A stretch of 64,000 nucleotides of DNA, from positions 256,001-320,000 of the forward strand of contig CAWDYC010000005.1 of assembly GCA_963806535.1 (NCBI GenBank), read 5' to 3'. Below, one piece after another: positions 63,157 through 64,000 of this stretch (positions are counted from its first letter, which is position 1; every line of letters starts with the position of its first letter). The stretch is from Candidatus Bathyarchaeota archaeon (lineage in GTDB: Archaea; Thermoproteota; Bathyarchaeia; Bathyarchaeales; Bathycorpusculaceae). Below the pieces are notes generated by a model that did not search any database, was not told the DNA's origin, and was given only the letters and a program-made list of their open reading frames with translations. The translations under genes and the position numbers were made by a program.

Positions 63157-64000
63157 AATCCTCTTTCTTCATTTGTTCTGGATAACTTATTTCTAGTAAT
63201 TCAAGATATGAGTCTGGATTTGCAAAATACTTAGCTTCAAGAGGTAGATTTCTTTGCACTGCCAAATGTATTCCGTTAATACCATATTTTTCTAAGATTT
63301 TTCTTGCCAGCGGATACCCCAAGTAATATGAAGCACCTTTGATTATCTGGGCGTGCTTCAGAACTTCTTCTAATATTTTTTGTGAGTTTGATTCTTCAAG
63401 CCCGGTCTGGAATGTTTTTTCAGATACTATATTTTTTCGTCTGGTCTCGATGCTCGATAATAGCCCAATGCATTTCAGATAGCCTGTCTGAAGTTCCTTA
63501 TCGGAAAGAGCTGCTTCTTCAGCGTAATTCATGTTTTTTAGAGTTTGAAGGGCTATAGCTTCGCAACTTCCTTCTTTAAAGACAGTTTTGAAAATAGCTT
63601 CAAAATACAGATCTAATATTTGCTGCAAACGTATAGGTTCAAAGTTTCCTTTGGCTTCGAAATACAGTCTCACAGCATTCTCTGTTGAGGTCTTTTGTGT
63701 CGTTGATTTGAGAGACGCAAGAAGTTTTTCTGCCAGTTCATGAGCGCATACTAAGACAACTTTTTCGGGAAAATTAATTGTCATTTCCTCGTTCAAATAC
63801 AATGTTTCGTTTTGAGGATTATAGAAAGCAAAATGGTTAGATAATCCTGCGGTTTGATCGCAAGTAAGAGCCTTTGAAATTTGTATCCATTGAATATTGT
63901 TTTTTGTTATGCCACTACTTCTAAGGTCGCTTCTTATGCGTCGCGTTAGGTGTTTTTTAAATTCGGATTGTTGGAGTATTAGAACATCTCTAAAAAAAGG
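63131..64000 (-). CDS. Hypothetical protein with zincin-like motifs (5' partial)
   Basis: Frame appears open to the window edge; AFYNP..LYLNE, AHELAE, EGSCE, YYLGY. Confidence 0.55.
   Translation of the reverse strand, partial: PFFRDVLILQQSEFKKHLTRRIRSDLRSSGITKNNIQWIQISKALTCDQTAGLSNHFAFYNPQNETLYLNEEMTINFPEKVVLVCAHELAEKLLASLKSTTQKTSTENAVRLYFEAKGNFEPIRLQQILDLYFEAIFKTVFKEGSCEAIALQTLKNMNYAEEAALSDKELQTGYLKCIGLLSSIETRRKNIVSEKTFQTGLEESNSQKILEEVLKHAQIIKGASYYLGYPLARKILEKYGINGIHLAVQRNLPLEAKYFANPDSYLELLEISYPEQMKKEDFDEKTKNQ

Overview
Archaeal chromosomal DNA, most consistent with Bathyarchaeia (TACK). The evidence is a cdvB-like/cdvA/cdvB/cdvC (ESCRT) division operon, a single-OB crenarchaeal-type SSB, an HdrA-MvhD fusion, a methanopterin-type pterin cluster, an eL22-like ribosomal protein, and GGAGG/GGTGA ribosome-binding sites. 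More than 20 genes are split by single-base frameshifts, which looks like uncorrected long-read indel error rather than true pseudogenes, so fragments are rejoined below. Main blocks: pncB; a thiolase-fold gene lacking all canonical catalytic motifs plus a DUF35-HMG-CoA synthase fusion; uvrBAC; a 9-copy TGAC array at exact 10-bp phase; the cdv operon; radical SAM, CDP-alcohol phosphotransferase and B12-radical SAM genes diverging from a hybrid pterin cluster (DUF447, DHPS-like, DUF1464, two RFA-P synthase paralogs, folK, folB, queD, mptA/folE2); pyrDK; a CBS-HPF ribosome hibernation factor candidate; polyferredoxin-HdrA-MvhD; a C/D box sRNA predicted to guide 16S Cm1402 just upstream of eL22; two small ORFs missing from the ORF track; and a regulator-rich island at the right end. 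No rRNA, tRNA, CRISPR array or transposase was seen. All family calls come from motif recognition by eye, not database searches.
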